Assembly (NCBI GenBank): GCA_964409765.1
Contig: CAYPEM010000019.1
Coordinates: 1,429 to 65,428, forward strand
Length of the DNA: 64,000 nucleotides
DNA from: an uncultured Chitinophagaceae bacterium
GTDB lineage: Bacteria; Bacteroidota; Ignavibacteria; UBA10030; UBA8401
Reading direction: 5' to 3'
In this document: positions 39,752-49,365 of the stretch, piece by piece
Numbering within the stretch: the stretch's first letter is position 1
How the letters are laid out: every line of letters starts with the position of its first letter
The notes under the pieces: generated by a model
Databases searched by the model: none
Seen by the model: the letters and a program-made list of their open reading frames with translations, nothing else
What the model was told of the DNA's origin: nothing
Made by a program: the position numbers and the translations under genes

Positions 39752-42700
39752 TTAATTATTGTAGTAAAAACTAATTTGAATAACAGACTGGTTAAAATTG
39801 TTGAGAGCATTCAAGTAATTATTCTTTATATCAATGCTCTGAGTAATAAGTGCAGTAAATTCAATATGACTGATTTCACCATTGCGATACGCAATCGTTG
39901 CTGCATTTAAAATTTCATCTGCCTGCTGCATTCCGATTGTTTCGTAATAGTTAACTAATGAACTGTTTTTTTGATATTCCTGATAGGCTCTTTTGTAACC
40001 CGTACTAAATTGCAATGAGTCGCTTATGTAATTCTTTTCAGAAATTTGCTGTTGTAGTTTTGCTGCCTGAATTTTTCCTTGCTGGCTCCAGAAGAACAAA
40101 GGTATTCCGATGCCTATTGAATAGCCATAATAGCCAGGTGTCTCATTATACCAATTTTGATTAAAATACCTTACCGAAATATCTGGCAACAATTTTCCTG
40201 ACTCTAATTTTTTTTGATAATGGGATAACGAAATTCTCTGCTGGCTTAATTGCAAAAATGGATGGTTAACATTGCCAGTTGGTTCAGGGTTTATTACTGC
40301 CGGAAGCTTTATCATTTTCTCAGCTATAGGCAAAATGGTATCTCCAGTATTTAGCAATTTCCTCATCTCCTGTTGAGCCATCACTACATTACTATTTGCG
40401 TTTTGCAAAGCAAGTTGTATTTCTTTATGCTTTGCTTGAGCTGAAATCTGTTCGAGTTTACCTGTTTCTCCTGAACTAAATCGTAACGTGGCTGCAGCCT
40501 CAAAATCGGTATAAATACTATCCTGCTGCTTTAACAAATTTTGTTGCTCGATTGCAAGCCACAGATAAAAATAGGCACTACGAACTTGTTGGACCAATTG
40601 TCGTTGTACAAGGGTAAGAGATGTTTCAGCAAAGCGGGTGTTCTGTTTGTTGAACTTCTTTTGAGTAATAAATCGTGTTGGAAACTCGATGGATTGAGAA
40701 AGACCAATTTTAAGAATTCCATCCTCAGCAGCGTTGTCCTTTATTAAATCCTCGTTCTCATAAAATATTTCTGTTCTGTTTAAATCTATAGCTGTTTTTT
40801 GGAGTTTCTTATTTCGTGTAACTTCTAATTGTGATGCCTGGAATGATGGATTATATTTTAATGCAGTGTCAACGCATGCCTCGATGCTTAAATGTTTTTC
40901 CTGAGCATGCATAATATTGCTTGGGAATAGAGCAACTGCGGCAACAATTGTAGCAGTAAGTTTACTATTAGATTTTCGCTTCTTGTTAGATGTAAATAAA
41001 AGATAAAGTGCAGGAAGTACAATTAGAGTTAAGGCAGTTGCTGAAACGAGTCCGCCAATAACAACTGTTGCTAACGGTTTCTGCACCTCAGCACCTGCTG
41101 AAGTTGATATCGCCATAGGCAGAAAACCAAAGGAAGCAACTGCAGCCGTCATTAGAACAGGACGAAGACGTATCCTGGTTCCTTTTCGTACACGTTCTAA
41201 AATATCAGTTACACCATCCTTTTCTAATTCATTGAAAGTAGAAATCAAAACTATTCCATTCAAAACTGCAACTCCAAATAAGGCAATAAATCCTACTCCT
41301 GCAGATATACTGAATGGCATATCTCGTAACCATAAAGCTAACACCCCTCCAATGGCACTCATCGGAATTGCAGTATATATCAGCAAGGCTTCACGAGTGG
41401 AACCAAATGTGAAAAACAACAAAACAAAAATGAGTAACAAAGCTACGGGAACAGCAATCATTAAACGAGCAGATGCTTCTTCAAGATTTTTAAAAGTTCC
41501 TCCATATGTAATATAATAGCCTGGAGGTAATTTTAAACTGCTAAGTTTATTTTGCAAATCGGAAACAACTGATTTAACATCACGACCACGCACATTAAAC
41601 CCGATAACTATTCTTCGCTTCGCCTCTTCACGACTTATTTGCGATGGACCAATAACATACTCAATCGTGGCAACCTGTTGCAACGGAATTTGACCTCCAT
41701 TAGGTAATGGAACATATAAATTTCTAACATCGTCAATCTCTGTTCTATTTTGATTTGCCAGCCGGACAACCATTTCAAATCTTCTCTCGTTCTCATACAC
41801 GGAACCTGTTGCTTCCCCGGCAAAAGCTGTCCGGACGATTCGATTGAGTTCACTAATCTGCAAACCATATTGAGCAACACGACTACGGTCATATTCAATT
41901 GTAATTTGAGGAAGTCCGGTTGTGCGTTCAGCTTGAGGTTCTGTTGCACCTTCCACTGACTGAATGATGTTAGAGACTTGCTGAGCGTAAAATGCAAGAG
42001 AGTCAATATTCTCTCCGAATATTTTTACTGCTACATCCTGCCTGACACCGGTCATCAATTCGTTAAAGCGCATTTGAATCGGCTGTGTTGCTTCGAAGAA
42101 AACTCCCGGTATTACAGAAAGAGCTTTCATCATTGTATCCTGTAAATCCTCTCGATTGTGTGCAGTGGTCCAATCATCTTTCTCTTTGAGAATTATCATC
42201 AGGTCAGTAGCATTGGGTGGCATCGGGTCAGTAGGGATTTCTGCGGCTCCGGATTTGCTGATAATCTCCTTTACTTCAGGGAAGCGTTTAATAATTTTCT
42301 CTACCTCATTGTTGTTGTCAATACTTTGGGAAAGTGATGCTCCTTCGGGTAATATGGAATGGAAAGCGAAATCGCCTTCCTCAAGAGTTGGAATAAATTC
42401 ACCACCCATACGTGTAAACATAAGTGCTGCACCTGCAAACAAACCTGTTGCAATTATTACAACTAAAATTCTTTTACGTATTGCATATTCTATAATAGGA
42501 GTATACATTCGTTGAAAGAAATTCATCATTCTATCACTGAAATTCTTTGTATGTGACGTTTTCCTGGGAAGAAATAAAGCGCTCATCATAGGAACATATG
42601 TTAATGATAATATTAATGCACCAACGATAGCGAATGAAACCACCTTGGCCATAGGTCCAAACATTTTTCCTTCAATACCAACTAACGTCAGTATTGGAAT

Positions 42701-44125
42701 GTATACGATAAGGATTATAATTTGTCCGAAAGTGGCGAAGTTCATCATACGTGAAGCGGAATGATATACTTCTTTATCCATTTGCTGATTTGTAAGAGAT
42801 GGCTTTTCTGAAAACTTCTGAGAATGGAGATTCGGATGGTCAGCTAATTCTGTCTTAAGGTTTGATACCCGGTGCAGGATTGCTTCAACAATTATTACTG
42901 CCCCATCCACAATCAAACCGAAATCAATGGCTCCCAAACTCATAAGGTTGCCTGTAATACCAAAAACATTCATCATGATAATTGCAAAAAGCATGGAAAG
43001 GGGAATGACCGATGCAACTATTAACCCTGCTCTAAAATTTCCAAGAAAAAGAACAAGTATAAAAATTACGATGAGTGCACCTTCCAATAAATTTTTCTCT
43101 ACTGTACCTACTGCACGTTTAACAAGATTAGTTCTGTCGAGGAATGGTTCTATGGTTATACCTTTCGGCAGAGCCTTTTGAATGTTAGGTAATTTCTCTT
43201 TTACTTTTTCTACCACTTCAGCACTATTTGCCCCTTTGAGCATCATAACTATTCCTCCCACTACTTCACCTTCACCATTACGTGTCATCGCTCCATAACG
43301 GATAGCATGACCGAATTGGGGCGTAGCAACATCTCTGATTAAAATGGGCGTTCCATTCGCATTCATTTTAACTACGATTTTTCCAATGTCTTCAAGCGAC
43401 CGAACCAAACCAACTCCTCGAATAAAATATGCATTAGGTTTCTTTTCGATATATGCTCCGCCTGTATTTTCATTATTGTTTTTTAAGGCATCAAATATTT
43501 CCGGAATAGAAACATTCATGCTTTTCAATCGGACAGGGTCAACTGCAACTTCATATTGCTTTAGTTTACCACCAAAGCTGTTGACTTCAGCAACTCCTGG
43601 CGTACCAATTAACTGCCGTGCAACAATCCAGTCCTGAAATGTCCTTAAATCAGCCGCAGAGTATTTGTCTTTATAAGCAGAATCGGCACTAATGACATAT
43701 TGGAAAATTTCTCCCAAACCTGTACTTACTGGAGCCATCTCCGGCTTACCAACTCCCGCTGGAATTTTCTCTTCCGCATCTTTTAATCGTTGGTCCACTA
43801 ACTGCCGAGCAAAATATATGTCAACTTTATCTTTGAATACTACAGTAACTACACTTAAGCCAAACCTTGAAATGCTTCTCATCTCTTCCAAGTCAGGAAG
43901 AGATGCAATTGATTGTTCAATGGGGGCCGTAACAAACTGTTCTACTTCTTGGGTAGCCAGGGTGGAAGAAACAGTAATAATCTGTACCTGATTATTAGTA
44001 ATGTCAGGTACAGCATCAATTGGTAGCTGTTGGAGAGAATAAGTACCATATATTATTAGCACGAGGGTAAACAAACCAATCGTGAATTTATTATGTATGG
44101 AAAACTGAATGATTCTATTTATCAT
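39752..44125 (-). CDS. czcA: Heavy-metal efflux RND permease (CzcA/CusA family, about 1040 aa) fused in-frame to a C-terminal TolC-like outer-membrane-factor domain (CzcC-like, about 400 aa)
   Basis: N-terminal MINRIIQFSIHNKFTIGLFTLVLIIYG...LPIDAVPDITNNQVQI (HME-RND). After residue ~1040 there is a hydrophobic segment KLTATIVAAVALFPSNIMHAQ, followed by OMF-like coiled/beta repeats through the C-terminus. It is a single uninterrupted 1457-aa ORF. Confidence 0.7.
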   Translation of the reverse strand: MINRIIQFSIHNKFTIGLFTLVLIIYGTYSLQQLPIDAVPDITNNQVQIITVSSTLATQEVEQFVTAPIEQSIASLPDLEEMRSISRFGLSVVTVVFKDKVDIYFARQLVDQRLKDAEEKIPAGVGKPEMAPVSTGLGEIFQYVISADSAYKDKYSAADLRTFQDWIVARQLIGTPGVAEVNSFGGKLKQYEVAVDPVRLKSMNVSIPEIFDALKNNNENTGGAYIEKKPNAYFIRGVGLVRSLEDIGKIVVKMNANGTPILIRDVATPQFGHAIRYGAMTRNGEGEVVGGIVMMLKGANSAEVVEKVKEKLPNIQKALPKGITIEPFLDRTNLVKRAVGTVEKNLLEGALIVIFILVLFLGNFRAGLIVASVIPLSMLFAIIMMNVFGITGNLMSLGAIDFGLIVDGAVIIVEAILHRVSNLKTELADHPNLHSQKFSEKPSLTNQQMDKEVYHSASRMMNFATFGQIIILIVYIPILTLVGIEGKMFGPMAKVVSFAIVGALILSLTYVPMMSALFLPRKTSHTKNFSDRMMNFFQRMYTPIIEYAIRKRILVVIIATGLFAGAALMFTRMGGEFIPTLEEGDFAFHSILPEGASLSQSIDNNNEVEKIIKRFPEVKEIISKSGAAEIPTDPMPPNATDLMIILKEKDDWTTAHNREDLQDTMMKALSVIPGVFFEATQPIQMRFNELMTGVRQDVAVKIFGENIDSLAFYAQQVSNIIQSVEGATEPQAERTTGLPQITIEYDRSRVAQYGLQISELNRIVRTAFAGEATGSVYENERRFEMVVRLANQNRTEIDDVRNLYVPLPNGGQIPLQQVATIEYVIGPSQISREEAKRRIVIGFNVRGRDVKSVVSDLQNKLSSLKLPPGYYITYGGTFKNLEEASARLMIAVPVALLLIFVLLFFTFGSTREALLIYTAIPMSAIGGVLALWLRDMPFSISAGVGFIALFGVAVLNGIVLISTFNELEKDGVTDILERVRKGTRIRLRPVLMTAAVASFGFLPMAISTSAGAEVQKPLATVVIGGLVSATALTLIVLPALYLLFTSNKKRKSNSKLTATIVAAVALFPSNIMHAQEKHLSIEACVDTALKYNPSFQASQLEVTRNKKLQKTAIDLNRTEIFYENEDLIKDNAAEDGILKIGLSQSIEFPTRFITQKKFNKQNTRFAETSLTLVQRQLVQQVRSAYFYLWLAIEQQNLLKQQDSIYTDFEAAATLRFSSGETGKLEQISAQAKHKEIQLALQNANSNVVMAQQEMRKLLNTGDTILPIAEKMIKLPAVINPEPTGNVNHPFLQLSQQRISLSHYQKKLESGKLLPDISVRYFNQNWYNETPGYYGYSIGIGIPLFFWSQQGKIQAAKLQQQISEKNYISDSLQFSTGYKRAYQEYQKNSSLVNYYETIGMQQADEILNAATIAYRNGEISHIEFTALITQSIDIKNNYLNALNNFNQSVIQISFYYNN

Positions 44126-44228
44126 TTTGGATATAAATAATTGAAGTTTGATGCCGGAAATACCGGCATAAATAAATTCAGCAGTTATATAAAATTTAAC
44201 TGCAACTAAAGAAAATCAGGAAAAGCTG

Positions 44229-44540
44229 TTAAGAAATTCGTGGCGGCTGCCAGAAATCATACGGACCGGAATTCGGAACGTGTGGTTGATAAAAAGTAAA
44301 ACTAACACCAGCGTAAAATTGAGGACATGAATAAGATGTTGTTCCAATGATAACAACAAATCCCTGGCAACATGAACAGATACAAAATGGTGTACAGCAA
44401 TCAGACAATGGTTCGGCATCATCACTACAAGCAGATGAAATGCTTGTCGATGACACAACTGCTTCTGCATGAGCATCATTACAAGGCATGACGCTTATGA
44501 GGCATACATAAAAAGCTAATATAAAGGTGAAAAATCGCAT
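44229..44540 (-). CDS. Small secreted Cys-rich protein at the head of the czc operon (possible periplasmic metal-binding protein)
   Basis: Signal peptide MRFFTFILAFYVCLISVMPCNDAHA. Cys cluster CSDDAEPLSDCCTPFCICSCCQG. Confidence 0.4.
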   Translation of the reverse strand: MRFFTFILAFYVCLISVMPCNDAHAEAVVSSTSISSACSDDAEPLSDCCTPFCICSCCQGFVVIIGTTSYSCPQFYAGVSFTFYQPHVPNSGPYDFWQPPRIS

Positions 44541-45099
44541 TTACCGGACAAATATAGTGATTACTGTCAAAAACACAAACCTGCCTCTTCCTCCTCAAGA
44601 GCTATACAACAATGTTGAATGAAATTGGAACAATTCATTAAAAATTTGAAAATAAATTTTTGAGCGAAAATTTGGAAGAAAAAATTTTGGAGAAAAAAAA
44701 TTTCAGAATTACGTTGGTTGAAAAAAGTTTACAAAAACTCATTTCGGCCTACTTTATCTGTCTATTTGATAACCTCATCTTAAATTGAGTGCCAAATAAG
44801 GATAAATACGAGCCTAAAATAGACATCTAATATAAGGGCTTTAAATAAGATTTTATTTTCCGATTACTATAAGATTTTCTCATGCTGTTCCGTATATAAG
44901 TATATGATATATCTGCCGGTGAATTCTAAACTTATTAAAAAATATTTTCAAATAAGTATAAGATTACGGAGGCAAATTTTGTATTATAGAGTATAGGCAA
45001 TAACATTCCGAAAAATAAATCCGTACATAGGATATGTAAGCTCCGCCATCAACAAGCTTCAATTTTCACTCTCACATTTACTAACTAAAACCAAAACAC

Positions 45100-45897
45100 A
45101 TGGGTCAAAGAAGCCAGGTATTCATCTATTGTATCAATCCAGTTAACGGATTAAAAGAGCAATTCAAATCATTAAAGAAGTACGGTAAAGATAAAAATGA
45201 GCTGGAGCTTCTAAAATCCAAGATTGAGAAATATGAACAGGCTTTTGGAACTAAACAGCACACGGTGATAAGCTATCATCACCAGTGGCTATATGGAAGA
45301 GCATCACTCTTGGCCAGTGCGCATATAATTGAATTTAATAAATTTTGTGAGAAAGAATCGAATCCGTTGAAAACACAAACTAATATTTCAGGGGATGAAT
45401 ATCTGAGCTTCCTTACTAATCTTCTTGGAATATTCAATAGTAAACTCGCTAAAACTATTGGGAGATTTGGTATTGAACACTTCCGGTTACTGAACTTCAT
45501 TGACCCTGATATGCGAACGGATTGCACTCGTGGTGACAACAATGATGGGATATTCGTTATCGATTGCGTGAATGACTCATACTGCTTCACGTCTGTAGGG
45601 AATGGAGATGCCACTATTTCACAACTTTCCCCTATGGTTCCTGTGACTGCCGGTCAATATGTTCGGCTTTACTATCCTGAACAACAAAGTGACAGTAACA
45701 CTGCAAATGTTCCGGATGCTATTGAAGAACAGGAAGCAAACTTCACAAATAATCGCAGAATGAACAAACTGTTCATAAAACCTTTCAACGATTATAGATT
45801 AATGACTAACTCTGAATTGAAAAAACTTTTTCCTGCATCGTTTCAAACTCAAACACCGGAATCTAATCCGGTCCAGTCAAATAATAACCAAATGTGA
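45100..45897 (+). CDS. Hypothetical protein (defense/mobile islet)
   Basis: ORF track; no recognisable motif. AT-rich gene downstream of an A-tract-rich spacer. Confidence 0.4.
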   Translation: MGQRSQVFIYCINPVNGLKEQFKSLKKYGKDKNELELLKSKIEKYEQAFGTKQHTVISYHHQWLYGRASLLASAHIIEFNKFCEKESNPLKTQTNISGDEYLSFLTNLLGIFNSKLAKTIGRFGIEHFRLLNFIDPDMRTDCTRGDNNDGIFVIDCVNDSYCFTSVGNGDATISQLSPMVPVTAGQYVRLYYPEQQSDSNTANVPDAIEEQEANFTNNRRMNKLFIKPFNDYRLMTNSELKKLFPASFQTQTPESNPVQSNNNQM

Positions 45898-46179
45898 TTG
45901 CCAACATCAACTAATCAATCGACAATGGAAAAGAAAAAAACAAAAGCAGATATCGTTTACAGCTTATGCGAAGCAGTTGCAGACATCGCTTACATAGCTG
46001 GCTACAAACATCACTATTCAGGAGACTCACGGGGAGACATGGCCAGTTACATATCATGGGCTCAGGAGTTCGAGAAGAAATGGAAAGGCAAGGAATGGGG
46101 TGCCGATGACACGGCTGATGATTACATGGATGAGATAACAAAATTTGCAGAATCAAAAATCCAATTGAGAAATGGATAA
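45898..46179 (+). CDS. Hypothetical small protein
   Basis: ORF track. The start abuts the stop of the upstream gene. Confidence 0.35.
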   Translation: MPTSTNQSTMEKKKTKADIVYSLCEAVADIAYIAGYKHHYSGDSRGDMASYISWAQEFEKKWKGKEWGADDTADDYMDEITKFAESKIQLRNG

Positions 46180-46540
46180 ACACGTAAAGGAGTCCTCTCT
46201 CTTGCGGAAATCGCTGTTGGGAATACGAGTAACGCCATTTACAACTCCACCACTATTTCAAATTCTGGATTGGAATGTTTTCGATGCAGGAGTTGTCCAG
46301 CTTCTTCCACCGGACGACCGGATGAGAAACAAGAATTTCCAGATTGAAAGAGGCGAGAATGAAAAAATCCTTGTCAGAATGTTTTTGTCGAGTGATAAAT
46401 CAACTATTGAACGGACTAAGTATTTCTATCTTTTGAAAAATAGCGATGAAGAATGCACGTTATATATCGTCCTCGCACTTTTGGCAAGAGTGCAGTACAA
46501 AATAAGTTCGGACCATGAGCTTCTCCCCTTTGGCTTCTGA
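46172..46540 (+). CDS. Hypothetical small protein
   Basis: ORF track. 8-bp overlap with the upstream gene. Followed by the hairpin gtttcacttccctggaagtgaaac. Confidence 0.35.
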   Translation: MDKHVKESSLLRKSLLGIRVTPFTTPPLFQILDWNVFDAGVVQLLPPDDRMRNKNFQIERGENEKILVRMFLSSDKSTIERTKYFYLLKNSDEECTLYIVLALLARVQYKISSDHELLPFGF

Positions 46541-46666
46541 CAAGTTTCACTTCCCTGGAAGTGAAACAACATAGTTAATAACACTGAAATACAGTGAGTA
46601 ATGAAGATTTATAATTTCATAGGTTCAGAAATAGTGGTATTAAATCGAAAATGAAACTTAAATATC

Positions 46667-47242
46667 ATGGCAAAAAAAAATCAACGCACCGTATGTACAG
46701 GCATGGAATGGTCGGACTTTTTATTTGTGGTCGAGACATTAAAAAGAAAGCAGGAGTATAAGTTTATGCTCCTTATTGCAGCCGGAGTTTTTCTTGGGCT
46801 TCGTGCAAGTGATATCCTTCAACTGCAATGGGATTCCCTTCTTAATGAGGAAACATTCTCATTGAAGGAAAAGAAAACTGGTAAGAGCCGTTTGGTTACT
46901 GTAAATCCGGCACTGAAAGAGGTGGCACAAATTGCTGCAGAGAATATACGTCTGCCGGGTATACCATTTATTGCCACCAACAGAAAAGGCAAACCTATCT
47001 CTATACAATACTTCAATCGAAAACTTCATTTCATTTTCAGTGAATGTAATGTTGCGGCAGGTAACGGCAGCACCCATACACTTCGCAAAACTTTCGGTAA
47101 GCGCATATTTTTATTAAATAACAAGTCTGAGAATAGCTTGATACTATTGAGCAAGGTCTTTAATCATAGCAGTACTGCTATGACACGTGAGTACCTCGGA
47201 TATACTCAATCGGACATTAATCAAATTTTCTTAAGTCTTTGA
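46667..47242 (+). CDS. Tyrosine recombinase/integrase, catalytic domain only (191 aa; no N-terminal core-binding domain)
   Basis: Catalytic residues in order: GLRASD (R), KTGK (K), HTLRKTF (HxxR), NHSS (H), REYLGYT (Y). Confidence 0.65.
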   Translation: MAKKNQRTVCTGMEWSDFLFVVETLKRKQEYKFMLLIAAGVFLGLRASDILQLQWDSLLNEETFSLKEKKTGKSRLVTVNPALKEVAQIAAENIRLPGIPFIATNRKGKPISIQYFNRKLHFIFSECNVAAGNGSTHTLRKTFGKRIFLLNNKSENSLILLSKVFNHSSTAMTREYLGYTQSDINQIFLSL

Positions 47243-47243
47243 G

Positions 47244-47690
47244 ATGAAAACAAAATTCAGTCTGATTTTAGTATTTACATCATTTTATTTTGCTCATGGA
47301 CAAAATGAAAAAGTCGATTTCTCTAATCCTGCGTTAATAAATGGAAGCTCGTGGGGAGCAGTCTTTCAACGATTCTATAAGAATGGAGACTTCGACTCGA
47401 TGATGAAATTAACGTCTGATGAGTCGCTCCGGAAATTCGGCAGAGATACTATTCGCAATTATTATGAGCGAATGGATTTTGGATACAAACTCAAATTGAA
47501 ATCCTGGACAAGAACTAAAAATCACTTCTCCCTCAATTACGAAGCAGATATACTTGCGACCAGAGTTATAATTAGAATGGAGCTTGAGTCTGTCAGCGGA
47601 AGTGCAAAAAGCGACAGTGCAAAAAGTGACAGTGTTAAAATTATTTTACCAGATAATTTCAAAACTAAAAAGTACTTTCTCTACCAATGA
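47244..47690 (+). CDS. Hypothetical secreted protein
   Basis: Signal peptide MKTKFSLILVFTSFYFAHGQ. Internal SAKSDSAKSDS repeat. Confidence 0.4.
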   Translation: MKTKFSLILVFTSFYFAHGQNEKVDFSNPALINGSSWGAVFQRFYKNGDFDSMMKLTSDESLRKFGRDTIRNYYERMDFGYKLKLKSWTRTKNHFSLNYEADILATRVIIRMELESVSGSAKSDSAKSDSVKIILPDNFKTKKYFLYQ

Positions 47691-48073
47691 AGATTTTAAG
47701 CCTGGCAAGTAAAAAGTTGAACTTGATGTTTGGTTCGGAGCATGAATGCCGGGAACAAATATTCAAGGAATATTACTTGCTGCACTGGTATAAAGTAATA
47801 CGAAATTCACCCGGACTTACATTAAAGCAGACAGAGGAGTTTTGTCGTGATTGTAATAAGTTTGACATACAGGTATTAGGTTTCGAAACCTCCTATGAAA
47901 GTCGTCATGGATTAAACACATACTGCTTTGAGGAATACGATGATGTTTACCAAGATGAATGGTGGTATGCTGCCTTTCATGACCTGCATTTAAACGGCAT
48001 CACTGATTCAATCATTCCCTACATCCACATTCCTCAGGAAACGCTTGATAACTATCTCCCTGATGCTAAGTGA
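47687..48073 (+). CDS. Hypothetical protein
   Basis: ORF track. 4-bp overlap with the upstream gene. Confidence 0.35.
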   Translation: MKILSLASKKLNLMFGSEHECREQIFKEYYLLHWYKVIRNSPGLTLKQTEEFCRDCNKFDIQVLGFETSYESRHGLNTYCFEEYDDVYQDEWWYAAFHDLHLNGITDSIIPYIHIPQETLDNYLPDAK

Positions 48074-48707
48074 GAGCAGGACCGAACGCTATTATTGTAA
48101 GGATGAAATTGGCAAGGACTTATTCTATATCGAGTTAGTATTTGATGATGAGATGCAATGGGCGTACATGAATTCATCCCTCGATTATGATTTTAAGGAG
48201 AATAAACTCATCGAGGAATTACACCGTAGAATTACCGATTACAATCTGAACCCATCATTCAGAGAAAAGTGGATTGAAGAATTGTTTTCTGTTATCCGGT
48301 CTCTCCCCGGCATCGAGAAATATTATTTCCCTCCGGAATTCCTGGACAAAACCGGCAGGCATGTTCCGGAGTACTCTGCGGTTTTGAAAAACCTTATCCA
48401 GCATAAAGACTTTCCGGATTACACAGTTTTCTCCCCAAACGAAAACGCATATTATTTTGAGTATTCTCTTTCATTTTTGGTCACCAAACTTGCTGAAGAT
48501 GGAGGTAAAGAAATAGATAAAATACTCTTCGAAAAACTGATTAAAAATGACATCACTTTGACTACTGAATATGTTGAATGGATGTCGGATAATTCGGAGT
48601 TTTTTCATGTATTTTTAGGGGATGAAAAAACTCAGTACGACTGCTTCGTTATGATGCAGGAGAATGAGATAAAATTATTTTTTGTGCGAGAGATAGTTTC
48701 AACCTGA
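48045..48707 (+). CDS. Hypothetical protein
   Basis: ORF track. Overlaps the upstream gene, so translational coupling is plausible. Confidence 0.35.
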   Translation: MITISLMLSESRTERYYCKDEIGKDLFYIELVFDDEMQWAYMNSSLDYDFKENKLIEELHRRITDYNLNPSFREKWIEELFSVIRSLPGIEKYYFPPEFLDKTGRHVPEYSAVLKNLIQHKDFPDYTVFSPNENAYYFEYSLSFLVTKLAEDGGKEIDKILFEKLIKNDITLTTEYVEWMSDNSEFFHVFLGDEKTQYDCFVMMQENEIKLFFVREIVST

Positions 48708-48746
48708 TTTTGTTTCCTTTCGACTATTTATAGTTGGAATCGTTGG

Positions 48747-49202
48747 TTGACTTTTTGGATGGTCCATAAAGTAGAAAATACGGTCCACATAAGAAGTATG
48801 TCATACGCATGCACACAAGCGAAGTGCAACAATTTTGGCCATCTCCCACCTCGTGAAGCGCTCATTTCTCTCTATAATTGCTACAAGTATTCTCTTGTTG
48901 AAAATGCTGAGTGGCGAGAAATACCTGGATTTCCTGGCTATGAAATTAGCTCCGCTGGGCAGGTTCGAAATCTTAAAAGTTACGGAGGTAAGCCACGAGT
49001 TTTAATTCCAACCTTAAGGTTTAATAAATACTTCTACGTAACACTTACTTCAAATGAAAAAAAACGAATCGGAATAGCGATTGACCGCTTGATGGGAATT
49101 GCTTTTAAAGATATGCAGTTTAAGGAACTAAGAAAAGTGATTCATATCGATGATTATCGATACAATAACCAAATTGTTAATCTAAGATTTATTACCTGGT
49201 AA
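48747..49202 (+). CDS. NUMOD4-motif protein with a degenerate HNH-like segment (homing-endonuclease-related)
   Basis: ENAEWREIPGFPGYEISSAGQVRNLKSYGG matches the NUMOD4 consensus. This is followed by YFYVTLTSNEKKRIGIAIDRLMGIAF, which resembles an HNH_3 core but has Asp where the catalytic His is expected. Confidence 0.5.
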   Translation: MTFWMVHKVENTVHIRSMSYACTQAKCNNFGHLPPREALISLYNCYKYSLVENAEWREIPGFPGYEISSAGQVRNLKSYGGKPRVLIPTLRFNKYFYVTLTSNEKKRIGIAIDRLMGIAFKDMQFKELRKVIHIDDYRYNNQIVNLRFITW

Positions 49203-49365
49203 TTCAAATACGACTTAAGATTACATAACAGTCATTTCCGAAGTTTCAAAATACATAATAGTTTGATATTATCTTGAATTTTTTTCGTCCTGTTTTAACC
49301 TAAACTGGTTGAAAAGTAGTTGTTTCTATGAGGCATTACCGGGTTATATTTGAGACCCCAAATAA

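Noticed and set aside
44216-44479. 87-aa His/Leu-rich ORF overlapping the Cys-rich secreted protein gene
   Set aside because: It is in an alternative frame of the same region. The 103-aa frame has a clean signal peptide, so the overlapping frame is less plausible.
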